Shown here: positions 27,814 through 36,507 of the stretch, one piece after another
Position numbering within the stretch: the first letter of the stretch is position 1
How the letters are laid out: each line of letters begins with the position of its first letter
Source of the DNA: Breoghania sp.
Lineage (GTDB): Bacteria > Pseudomonadota > Alphaproteobacteria > Rhizobiales > Stappiaceae
Assembly: GCA_963678585.2 (NCBI GenBank)
Contig: CAXXGA010000001.1
Location: 518,228 to 582,227, forward strand
Direction: 5' to 3'
Length of the DNA stretch: 64,000 nt
Made by a program: the position numbers and the translations under genes
Notes under the pieces: model-generated
Databases searched by the model: none
What the model was told of the DNA's origin: nothing
What the model saw: the letters and a program-made list of their open reading frames with translations, nothing else

Positions 27814-28620
27814 ATGGACCAACAGACCATCATCGAGGCGCTCGTACTGGGCACCGTGGAAGGCCTGACCGAATTCATCCCCGTATCCTCGACCGGCCAC
27901 CTGTTGCTTCTCGGTCATTTCATCGGATTCGATAATCCGGGCAAGACTTTCGAGGTCCTTATCCAGCTCGGATCGATCCTCGCCATCCTGTCGGTCTATT
28001 TCGCGCGCCTCTGGCAGCTTGCCGTCAGCCTGCCGAGCGATCCGCGCAGCCGCTATTTCGTTGCGGGCATCCTGCTGGCCTTCATGCCCGCCGCAGTGAT
28101 CGGCTTTTTCGCACATGGCTTCATCAAGGCGGTGCTGTTCGAATCGCCCGCGCTGATCTGCTCCACGCTGCTGATCGGCGGGCTGATTCTCCTGTGGGTG
28201 GACCGGCTCGACCTCAAGCCGCGCTATCACGACGTCAGCCAATACCCGATGCGGCTCTATTTCGGCATCGGGCTGTGCCAGACGCTCGCCATGGTGCCGG
28301 GCGTCTCGCGCTCCGGTTCCACAATCGTCGGCGCGCTCTTGATGGGCACGGACAAGCGCTCGGCGGCGGAATTCTCCTTCTTTCTCGCCATGCCCACCAT
28401 GGCGGGCGCCTTCGCGCTCGATCTCTTCAAGAACCGCGCGCTGCTCTCGATGGACGACATGGCGATCATCGCCGTCGGCTTCGTGACGGCCTTCATCGCG
28501 GGCGTCATCGTGGTGCGCTGGCTCTTGAACTACGTCGCCCGCCACGGCTTCAAGCTCTTCGCATGGTGGCGGATCATCGTCGGACTGGCCGGTTTCGCCG
28601 GGCTCTACCTCCTGGGTTGA
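27814..28620 (+). CDS. uppP: Undecaprenyl-diphosphate phosphatase
   Basis: [44 protein letters not shown]. Confidence 0.95.
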   Translation: MDQQTIIEALVLGTVEGLTEFIPVSSTGHLLLLGHFIGFDNPGKTFEVLIQLGSILAILSVYFARLWQLAVSLPSDPRSRYFVAGILLAFMPAAVIGFFAHGFIKAVLFESPALICSTLLIGGLILLWVDRLDLKPRYHDVSQYPMRLYFGIGLCQTLAMVPGVSRSGSTIVGALLMGTDKRSAAEFSFFLAMPTMAGAFALDLFKNRALLSMDDMAIIAVGFVTAFIAGVIVVRWLLNYVARHGFKLFAWWRIIVGLAGFAGLYLLG

Positions 28621-28644
28621 GCCGGTCGAATATCCTCTAAAGAC

Positions 28645-28684
28645 AAAAACGCGGCAGGTCCCGACGGCGCCCTGCCGCGTTTTT
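28645..28684. terminator. Bidirectional intrinsic terminator between convergent uppP and NDUFA9-like genes
   Basis: AAAAACGCGGCAGG...CCTGCCGCGTTTTT. Confidence 0.8.
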
Positions 28685-28714
28685 GATTCGAATCAGCTCC
28701 TTCGGGCCGACCGG

Positions 28715-29692
28715 CTATTTCGCGTGATAGGCCGAATCGAACTGCCCGTGCACGCGGAAGCGCCACAGGTAGCCGGGCAGGATCGCGGCAAGCGTCACCG
28801 CAGTGATGCCAAGCCCGGAAAGCGTGTGGCCCGCAGCAGTTGCTTCTTCGGAGACCACATTGTCCGACTTGAGCATCGCGACCTGATCCTTCGTCAACGG
28901 CGAGCCGGGGATCATCTGCAGAATACGGGCAAGCGTTCCGGCCATGCGGAAGGAAAGCGGCACGAAGAGACGCTTGCGGGCCGTGATTTCCAGCATCATC
29001 TCCATGCATTCGCGGAAAGTCTTCACCTGCGCGCCACCGAGTTCGTAGGTCGCGCCGGCTTCCGCCTCACCCTCGACGGCACGGGCGACGGCCTCGGCCA
29101 CATCGCCGACAAAGACAGGCTGAAAGCGTGTCTTGCCGCCGCCGATGAGCGGCAGAACCGGCGACATGCGGGCCATGGAGGCGAAACGGTTGAAGAAGTC
29201 GTCCTCCGGGCCGAACAGGATGGAGGGGCGCATGATCACGGCTTCGGGAACGAGTTCGCGTACCGCCACCTCACCGGCCGCCTTGGAGCGCCCATAGCCG
29301 GAGGGAGAATTCGCATCCGCGCCGATGGCAGACATGTGAACCAGATCTGTGATCCCGGCATCCTTGCAGGCTTGCGCCACGGCGCGGGCTCCGAAGGCTT
29401 GCACGGCGTCGAAAGTCTGGCGTCCGCTTTGAGAAAGGATGCCGACGAGGTTCACGACCGCGTCGGAGCCGGTCACGGCGTGGGCGACCGAATCGGGATA
29501 GCGCAGGTTCGCCTGTACGGCGTGAATCTGGCCCACGGAGCCGAGCGGCTGGAGGTGGAAGGCAAGATCGGGCCTGCGCACGGCCACGCGCACCCGCCAG
29601 CCGCGCCTTGCCAGCGCATGCACCACATGGCGACCGACAAAACCGGAACCGCCAAATACCGTTACAAGCTTCCCATTGAGCGGAGTGGTCAT
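28715..29692 (-). CDS. Complex I NDUFA9-subunit-family NAD(P)-binding epimerase/SDR
   Basis: VTVFGGSGFVGRHVV, VQANLRYP.SV, RPSILFGPEDDFFNRFA, FQPVFVGDVA. Confidence 0.9.
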   Translation of the reverse strand: MTTPLNGKLVTVFGGSGFVGRHVVHALARRGWRVRVAVRRPDLAFHLQPLGSVGQIHAVQANLRYPDSVAHAVTGSDAVVNLVGILSQSGRQTFDAVQAFGARAVAQACKDAGITDLVHMSAIGADANSPSGYGRSKAAGEVAVRELVPEAVIMRPSILFGPEDDFFNRFASMARMSPVLPLIGGGKTRFQPVFVGDVAEAVARAVEGEAEAGATYELGGAQVKTFRECMEMMLEITARKRLFVPLSFRMAGTLARILQMIPGSPLTKDQVAMLKSDNVVSEEATAAGHTLSGLGITAVTLAAILPGYLWRFRVHGQFDSAYHAK

Positions 29693-30043
29693 GATCGCTC
29701 CTTCGTCTCAGCCCACTTTACCGCGCGCCGACATATCGTTTCGGAAAGACGACTCTCGCACATGAGCGACAAGATTCGTATCCGGCCAGCGGTCGCATGG
29801 CCGACCGAATGTCACCCCGCCCTTCCGGGCGAGCGAAGCATTCGGTTTCGACCCGACATGCGGCGCCGGTCTCCGGCGTTTCGATGTCGTGGATGCGAAC
29901 CGCGCGTCATCAGCACGTTACAGCCGTCATAACCGCTTGCGGCGGGCGTGTGAAGTGCGCACGAATTCGCAAACACATTCGAGCGCAGATGCCATCAAAC
30001 CGAATGGGTGTTGATAACCTTTGCGGGTGCCGTGCGAAGATGA

Positions 30044-30073
30044 TTGACAAGCCGTGGCAGGGTCCGTATGTAT
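30044..30073 (+). promoter_or_regulatory. Sigma70-type promoter of tRNA-Leu
   Basis: Perfect TTGACA (30044-30049), 17 nt, then TATGTAT, 11 nt before the tRNA. Confidence 0.5.
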
Positions 30074-30084
30074 CGCCGCCATCG

Positions 30085-30171
30085 GCCCAGGTGGCGGAAT
30101 TGGTAGACGCGCTAGCTTCAGGTGCTAGTGCTCGAAAGGGCGTGGAGGTTCGAGTCCTCTCCTGGGCACCA
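30085..30171 (+). tRNA. tRNA-Leu (anticodon CAG)
   Basis: GCCCAGG/CCTGGGC acceptor stem plus ACCA; D-arm GCGGAATTGGTAGACGC; anticodon arm CTAGC-TTCAGGT-GCTAG; long variable arm; GGTTCGAGTCC. Confidence 0.97.
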
Positions 30172-30211
30172 AATTCCCGTCTCCGGCAGCTACCACTGTC
30201 AGAGATTATTG

Positions 30212-30240
30212 AAAAAGCTCCGGTTTTCCGGAGCTTTTTT
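30212..30240. terminator. Bidirectional intrinsic terminator between tRNA-Leu and the GGDEF/EAL gene
   Basis: AAAAAGCTCCGG-TTTT-CCGGAGCTTTTT perfect inverted repeat. Confidence 0.85.
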
Positions 30241-30312
30241 CGTTTGTGGCGTTGCTTCCTTCACGACCGGCCCAAGTTCGGAGCTGCCAGAAGCGGCGGC
30301 GCGTGCGCCGCT

Positions 30313-32544
30313 TCAGCGACCGCTCGCCTTGGCGCGATCACCGCCGTCGTAGGAACCCCCGTTTCGCGAATACGAAAGCAGGCTGCGCATTTGTGACGCC
30401 GGGAGCGCGGGCGAGATCAGCGGCCCCTGGAATTCCGTGCAGCCGATATCCCTCAGCATCTCGCGTTCCTGCTCGGTTTCCACCTCTTCGACAACCACAT
30501 CGATCTTCAGGGCATGAGCCAGAGCGACGAGCGCTCCGATAATGGCGCGCGCTTCCTTCACGTTGCCGAGCGCGTTGATAAAGGCGCGGTTGATCTTCAG
30601 CTTGTCGACCCCGAATTCGCGCAGGTAGCGCAGGGAGGTCTCGTCGGTGGAGAAGTTGGTGAGGACGATACCCACCCCGGCGGCACGAAGCCGGGCCAGG
30701 CAGGCCCTGACGCGCTCGGAAAGCCGCAAGCGTTCGCCGTTGCGGATTTCGAAATGAATTCTTCCCGGAGCAATGCCGTGCCCGGCGATGACCTCCAGGA
30801 TCCTGTCTGCAAGGCGTTCGTTCTGGAAATGAGCGGGCGTCATGGAGATGATCACCCATGGCACCTCGCAGGAGGCCGCAAACGCGCAGATCTCGTTCAG
30901 CGCGAATTCGCCAAGCTGCGGGAGAAGACCACTCGATTCCGCGAGCGCGATGATGATGTCGGGGCGGATCCCGCAATAGTCCGGGTTATCCCACCGCAAT
31001 CGGGCCTCCACCCCCACCAGTTCCCCCTTCTTCACACCGTGGATCGGTTCGTAGCGGAGCTGCAGGCTCCGGCCTTTTTCCAGCGCCACCTTCAGATCCC
31101 GTCCGATCGCACGGCGCTTGCGGACGATGTCGTCCATATCCTCGACGAATATCTGAAAGCAGCCACGCCCGCTTTCCTTGGCCTGGTAGAGAGCGACATC
31201 GGCCTTGCGCAACATGTCTTCGCTGGTGTCCGACACCCGCGACAGCGCGATTCCGACGCTGGCCCCGATGGACGCATAGTCTCCGTCCAGATCGAACGGC
31301 CGATTCAATTCTCGGATGATCCGCGCCGACAAAGCCTCCGCTTCGGCGTCATTGGCGACGCCGACCTGGATGATCGCGAATTCATCGCCGCTCAGCCGCG
31401 CAATCGTGTCGCTCGCGCGGCCAATGGAAAGGAGCCGTTGCGCCACCTCCACCAGAAGACGGTCGCCAACGGGATGACCGAGCGTGTCGTTGACGTTCTT
31501 GAAGCCGTCCAGATCCAGATAGTGAAGCGCGATCTGGTCACTGTTTCTTCTGGCCATTTCCAGCGCGTGAGCGAGCCTGTCCTGGAACAGGGCGCGGTTT
31601 GGGATGCCGGTGAGCGAGTCATAGAAGGCCAGACGCACGGTCTTGGCCTTGCTGGCGGCCAGATCGTCGGAGATGCGGCGAAGCCTGATCATCTGGAGCA
31701 TGATAAGGGCGGCGGCGCAGAACAATCCCGCAACGGCCATCGGAGCAACCGTGCCGATAAGAGCGCGCGCCGGGCGGTGCGGATCCCAGAAGAAGCCACC
31801 CAGCACCTCACCGGCTTCGTTCCTGATCTCCAAAGATGCCCGGCTTGCGCGGAAAACCGTCCCGGGAAGGAAAGCCAGATTGTGGAGCCCGTACTGGGAT
31901 TCCAGTTTTCCGCTCAGATCCTCACCGAGCGTCCGGGCAACGACATGCAGATACTCCGTTCCCGGCGCCTGCATGACGCTGTCGTCGGAATGCACCAGCG
32001 GCCGAATGCTGACACGGGCGACACTGCCGTCGGGAAACGCCGCATAATCAACGACGAAAAGCCCTTCAAGCGCTTCACGCGTCTCGCTCAGGCCTTCGAC
32101 GGCCTGGGCCATCTCCGCCCTCAGTTTCTCGATCAAAGGCATGAGCGCGGGCGCGTCGGCCTCAAAACTCGAATTGGAGGCGAGCTTGCCGTTTCGTGCG
32201 GATCTTATCGGCTGATTGGCGCCATCGAGCAGATACACCCTCTCGTAGCCGTAAAAATAGCCCATCCATTCCACGACATTGTCGGCAAGCCACTGTTCGT
32301 CATTCTTGCGCGCAGCCAAGATGGACTCGCTCCAGACGGTGACGCTCTCCTGGTTCTTGGGCAGTTGCTGATTGAGAGCGTCCAGCCCATTGCGGGCCAG
32401 CCGAACCTGATCCTCGACCGCCTCTTCATCGATCTCGGAAGCAGCCCACCAACCGACCGTGGCAATAGCCAGAATTGCAGCTATGGTGACCACCACGAAC
32501 AGATTGATCGTTCGTCGGGTGATCATCAGCATGTCGTTTTTCAT
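30313..32544 (-). CDS. Membrane sensor (CHASE4-like) GGDEF plus degenerate EAL-domain protein
   Basis: Two TM segments flanking a periplasmic region; DSLTGIPNR, DLDGFKNVNDTLGH, RASD...SGDEF; EAL half reads EARLRW, TNFSTD, KINRAF, VEEVET. Confidence 0.88.
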   Translation of the reverse strand: MKNDMLMITRRTINLFVVVTIAAILAIATVGWWAASEIDEEAVEDQVRLARNGLDALNQQLPKNQESVTVWSESILAARKNDEQWLADNVVEWMGYFYGYERVYLLDGANQPIRSARNGKLASNSSFEADAPALMPLIEKLRAEMAQAVEGLSETREALEGLFVVDYAAFPDGSVARVSIRPLVHSDDSVMQAPGTEYLHVVARTLGEDLSGKLESQYGLHNLAFLPGTVFRASRASLEIRNEAGEVLGGFFWDPHRPARALIGTVAPMAVAGLFCAAALIMLQMIRLRRISDDLAASKAKTVRLAFYDSLTGIPNRALFQDRLAHALEMARRNSDQIALHYLDLDGFKNVNDTLGHPVGDRLLVEVAQRLLSIGRASDTIARLSGDEFAIIQVGVANDAEAEALSARIIRELNRPFDLDGDYASIGASVGIALSRVSDTSEDMLRKADVALYQAKESGRGCFQIFVEDMDDIVRKRRAIGRDLKVALEKGRSLQLRYEPIHGVKKGELVGVEARLRWDNPDYCGIRPDIIIALAESSGLLPQLGEFALNEICAFAASCEVPWVIISMTPAHFQNERLADRILEVIAGHGIAPGRIHFEIRNGERLRLSERVRACLARLRAAGVGIVLTNFSTDETSLRYLREFGVDKLKINRAFINALGNVKEARAIIGALVALAHALKIDVVVEEVETEQEREMLRDIGCTEFQGPLISPALPASQMRSLLSYSRNGGSYDGGDRAKASGR

Positions 32545-33265
32545 TCGGCGCCTTCAACTCTTATTTTCCGAGTTAAATATACCGGCCAGTGTAAACACAC
32601 TATTACAATTATAAGATAATACGTATAACTACAAATACAGACAACGTAAATGTCTTGAGATATATTTTACAGCACACGACATCACCCACCAACGTCGGCT
32701 AATGTCTATTTTCAATAGATGTACTGGTCATTTATTACATGCGCAGACATCCCTCTGAGGCCGAAACGCAATGTCTCTGGTTTACCCGCAGATCTGAACA
32801 GGACATCAGCGGGCAAGAGGGTCTTACGCCTGGTTATGCATGCCGGGAATTCCGTCTGCGGGCCGCTTTGCGCAGGCGAATGTCTCGCGGGTACCTTTGA
32901 GCATCAGGGCCTCGCCCGGCTTTGACAGACCGGCCTCATCGAGCGCCGCGGAGACCTGACGCCGGTGCAAGACGCGTCCGTTCGGATCGCCCGCAAATGC
33001 CTGGCGCCAAACTCGTCTCCTGTCTTCTGCCGACAAGCCGAGCCCGGGTGCCGCCTTCAACAGCAAGACCGCGCCGAGATTGGCGCCCTCCGCTACGAAC
33101 AACCAGCCTGTCCCCTGCCGGACATGGCAGATGGCAAGAGCGAAGCCAGCCCTTGCGCGATTTGCGTATCAGAGCGGTGGTTGGCAGGAAGAACCGCTTC
33201 TGGCATACACGGGTCATATCGCGGTCATTTCCGCGGCCTTCCTTTGATTCCAGTGAGATGCCTCC

Positions 33266-33886
33266 ATGACCATCCGCCTGCACAAGGGCGACCTGCCCTC
33301 CCTCGATGCCTACCCTGCCGGCGGCGCTGTCGCGATCGACACGGAAACCATGGGCCTCAACCCGCATCGCGACCGGCTTTGCGTGGTGCAGCTTTCGCCC
33401 GGCGACGGCACGGTCGATGTGGTTCAGATCGCCCAGAACCAGACCGAGGCGCCCAATCTGGCCGCCCTCCTCTCCGATCCTGCACGCGTGAAGATCTTCC
33501 ATTTCGCCCGCTTCGATATCGCAGCGCTCCAGAACGGGCTCGGCATCGCCACCACCCCTGTCTTCTGCACCAAGATCGCCTCGCGGCTGGTGCGCACCTA
33601 TACCGATCGGCACGGCCTAAAGGACCTGACGCGCGAGCTGATCGGGGTGGAACTGTCCAAGGTGCAGCAAAGCTCCGACTGGGGCGCAGAAACGCTGAGC
33701 GAAGCCCAGCTCACCTATGCGGCTTCCGACGTGCTCTACCTGCACGCCCTGCGCGACGAGCTTGTCGTCAGGCTGGAGCGCGAAGGGCGCAGCGATATCG
33801 CGCAGGCCTGCTACGATTTCCTGCCCACCCGCGCCCGGCTCGACCTGGACGGCTGGCCGGAGACCGACATCTTCGCGCATTCGTAA
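33266..33886 (+). CDS. nrnC: NanoRNase C (short RNase D-like DEDDy exonuclease)
   Basis: AIDTETMGL.PHRDRLCVVQLS, KIFHFARFD, RTYTDRHGLK, SK.QQSSDW, YAASDV, DIFAHS end; no HRDC domains. Confidence 0.85.
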   Translation: MTIRLHKGDLPSLDAYPAGGAVAIDTETMGLNPHRDRLCVVQLSPGDGTVDVVQIAQNQTEAPNLAALLSDPARVKIFHFARFDIAALQNGLGIATTPVFCTKIASRLVRTYTDRHGLKDLTRELIGVELSKVQQSSDWGAETLSEAQLTYAASDVLYLHALRDELVVRLEREGRSDIAQACYDFLPTRARLDLDGWPETDIFAHS

Positions 33887-33992
33887 GCCCCACATCGCGT
33901 CGCAGCATCGGGGCGGCGCGCAAGGCGATCCTGCGACAGATCCGACGATTTTGAGTTGCGGAAGCCACGTTGCGTTCTACATCCGCCACAAT

Positions 33993-34026
33993 GCTGCGTA
34001 TAAGAATGTCTGGGCTGCGTATAAGA
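33993..34026. repeat. Perfect 13-bp direct repeat upstream of lptC
   Basis: GCTGCGTATAAGA at 33993-34005 and 34014-34026 (21-bp period). Confidence 0.85.
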
Positions 34027-34065
34027 GTCGTCCGTTCAATTTGAACCCGCGCTGCCAGGAGCGAG

Positions 34066-34788
34066 ATGGATCAGCACACCGACCAGAACGGACAGACGCT
34101 CGGCCACGGCCATGCGCGCACGGCGCCTGCGCAGCTTTGGGGCGTGCAGAGCCCCGACCGGCTGCGCCGCGAACGGAGAGCCGCGCGCCGTCATTCGACG
34201 CGCGTGCGCTGGCTCAAGCGCCTGTTGCCTGCCGTCAGCGGTCTGATCGTTCTGGGCGTGGTGGGCGCGATGGCGCTGCGCAACCTGCTACCGGGCTTCG
34301 ATCTCGGCGCAATCGACATCACCACCGAAGGCATCGTCATGAGCAATCCGGAACTGTCGGGCCATGACGGGGAGCGTTCCTACTACGTCACGGCGAGCCG
34401 TGCGATCCAGAGCCTGATCAATCCCAAGATCATCAATCTGGACGAAATCGACGCACGGGTGACGTTGAGCGCAGACGAATGGGTCGCCTTCACGGCGCCT
34501 TTCGGGGTCTATGACAGCGGCCAGGAAACCCTGAAGCTTTCCGACGGCATCGCGCTCAAATGGAGCCGGGGTTACGATGTCACTCTGAGCGGAGCCAAGA
34601 TCGACCTGAAGGACGGAACAATCCTGTCGGACGATGCGATTTTCGTGACATCCGAGCAGGGGAATTTCGAAGCCGGCAAGATCTCGGTTGCAGATAACGG
34701 CTCCAGCGTCCAATTCTCTCAAGGCGTGAAGATGACGCTTCACCCGGCCAATCTGGATCACAAAACCCAAGGGGACCAAGCCCAGTGA
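34066..34788 (+). CDS. lptC: LPS export protein LptC
   Basis: ARRHSTRVRWLKRLLP single TM anchor, M.NPELSG, beta-jellyroll-like region; synteny with lptAB. Confidence 0.85.
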   Translation: MDQHTDQNGQTLGHGHARTAPAQLWGVQSPDRLRRERRAARRHSTRVRWLKRLLPAVSGLIVLGVVGAMALRNLLPGFDLGAIDITTEGIVMSNPELSGHDGERSYYVTASRAIQSLINPKIINLDEIDARVTLSADEWVAFTAPFGVYDSGQETLKLSDGIALKWSRGYDVTLSGAKIDLKDGTILSDDAIFVTSEQGNFEAGKISVADNGSSVQFSQGVKMTLHPANLDHKTQGDQAQ

Positions 34789-35351
34789 TCAGCCCAATGA
34801 TCCGCATCCGGCCGTTTTCCGGCCTGCTCCTCGCCCTCGCGCTTTCCTTTGCGCAGCCCGTCGCGGCCCAGACCTTTTCCGACAGTTTCGCAGGCTTCGG
34901 CTCCAATGAACGCGAGCCGATCCAGATCGAGGCCAAGGAACTGAAGGTCGAGGACAAGGATCATACGGCCGTGTTCGTCGGCGACGTCATCGTGCGGCAG
35001 GGCGACGCCACGCTGAAGACCCAGCGGCTGAAGATCCACTATGCGGGCTCTGCCGCAGGCGGCGCAGTGCAAAGCCGGATCTCGAAAATGGAAGCCAGCG
35101 GCACCGTTCTCATCTCCTCGAAGGACCAGACCGCCACCGGCGATCACGCCTCCTTCGACATGGAACGCGAGTTTCTGGTGCTGACGGGCAAGGAAGTCGT
35201 ACTCTCGCAAGGTCCCAACGTGGTCGTGGGAAGCCGGCTGACCGTCAACCTGAAGACCGGCAAGGTCGATCTGGAAGCGCCCAAGCAGGGCCGGGTCAAG
35301 GTGCTGATCACCCCCAACAGCTTCAAGAACACAACGGGCAGCGCGAACTGA
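34785..35351 (+). CDS. lptA: LPS transport periplasmic protein LptA
   Basis: Signal peptide; PIQIEAKELKV.D, VF.GDV.V.QG, L.QGPNVV.GSRL.VNL, RVKVLI. Confidence 0.9.
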   Translation: MISPMIRIRPFSGLLLALALSFAQPVAAQTFSDSFAGFGSNEREPIQIEAKELKVEDKDHTAVFVGDVIVRQGDATLKTQRLKIHYAGSAAGGAVQSRISKMEASGTVLISSKDQTATGDHASFDMEREFLVLTGKEVVLSQGPNVVVGSRLTVNLKTGKVDLEAPKQGRVKVLITPNSFKNTTGSAN

Positions 35352-35478
35352 TCCGCCCCGCTCCGCTCATCGCGCCATCATATGACGCGCTGCGGCTCGA
35401 CACGTCCGCACAAAATCTGTACGAGAAATCAGCCGGTTCGCGTGCCGGTCACCGGCATCCATTTCGAGACACGAACCG

Positions 35479-36297
35479 TTGAAGCTGATCCCGTTCCATT
35501 TCCCGTTCTCCTTCAAGGGACGTTCCGCGAGCGCGTCGTCCGCCGCGGCAGACGACGCGACGCCTGAGGCGGACGGGGAGGCGCTCGTGATCTCCAGCAT
35601 CGCCAAGAGCTATCGCCGGCGGCAGGTGGTGAAGGATGTGAGCCTGTCGGTACGCCGCGGCGAAGCGGTGGGCCTTCTGGGCCCCAACGGCGCGGGCAAG
35701 ACCACCGTCTTCTACATGATCACCGGCCTGATCCAGCCCGACCACGGCGCGATCCATCTCGACGGTTTCGACATCACCCGCCTCCCCATGTATCGCCGCG
35801 CGCGCCTCGGCATCGGCTACCTGCCGCAGGAAGCCTCGATCTTCCGCGGCCTGACGGTTGAGGAAAATATCCGTGCGGTGCTGGAAGTGGTGGAGCCGAA
35901 CCGCAAGCGGCGGGCGGAGGAACTGGACGCGCTGCTGGCGGAATTCGGCGTCACCCATCTGCGCAAGTCGCCCTCCATCGCGCTTTCCGGCGGCGAGCGG
36001 CGGCGCGTGGAAATCGCCCGCGCGCTGGCCAGCCGACCGGCCTTCATGCTGCTCGACGAACCCTTCGCGGGCATCGACCCCATCGCGGTCGGCGATATCC
36101 AGCAGCTTGTGCGCCATCTCACCCAGCGCGGGATCGGCGTGCTCATCACCGACCATAACGTGCGCGAGACGCTCGGCCTTATCGACCGCGCCTATATCAT
36201 CGCGTCCGGCGAAGTGCTGACCGAGGGACTGCCGCGCGACATCGTGGACAATCCCGACGTGCGCCGTCTCTATCTGGGCGAACAGTTCACGTTCTGA
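35479..36297 (+). CDS. lptB: LPS export ABC transporter ATP-binding protein
   Basis: [58 protein letters not shown]. Confidence 0.95.
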   Translation: MKLIPFHFPFSFKGRSASASSAAADDATPEADGEALVISSIAKSYRRRQVVKDVSLSVRRGEAVGLLGPNGAGKTTVFYMITGLIQPDHGAIHLDGFDITRLPMYRRARLGIGYLPQEASIFRGLTVEENIRAVLEVVEPNRKRRAEELDALLAEFGVTHLRKSPSIALSGGERRRVEIARALASRPAFMLLDEPFAGIDPIAVGDIQQLVRHLTQRGIGVLITDHNVRETLGLIDRAYIIASGEVLTEGLPRDIVDNPDVRRLYLGEQFTF

Positions 36298-36462
36298 CGG
36301 TTTTCGCGCGCGCCGGTGCGGTTCATGCGCGGGTCGATGGCCCAAGACATGGCGCCTCCGGCTCTCCCGGTGCGCAAACCGCCCCCCTCTTTTCGTAGCA
36401 TTGATAACGCGAAGGCGGTTTACACTTTGAACGCGGTTTGCGCGTAGTGTAAGAAACTGATT

Positions 36463-36478
36463 AGCAAGAATTGGACCA
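36463..36478 (-). promoter_or_regulatory. Sigma54 (-24/-12) site on the antisense strand upstream of rpoN
   Basis: Minus strand TGGTCCAATTCTTGCT fits TGG-N8-TTGC(W). Confidence 0.6.
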
Positions 36479-36507
36479 GTTTACCGCAACAGGGTCGCCC
36501 CGCGCCT

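Noticed and set aside
33000-33020. CCTGGCGCCAAACTCGTCTCC resembles the tRNA-Leu 3' end and flank (30161-30184), a possible attR
   Set aside because: Needs two gaps and two mismatches over about 22 nt in GC-rich DNA; too weak to call without comparative data
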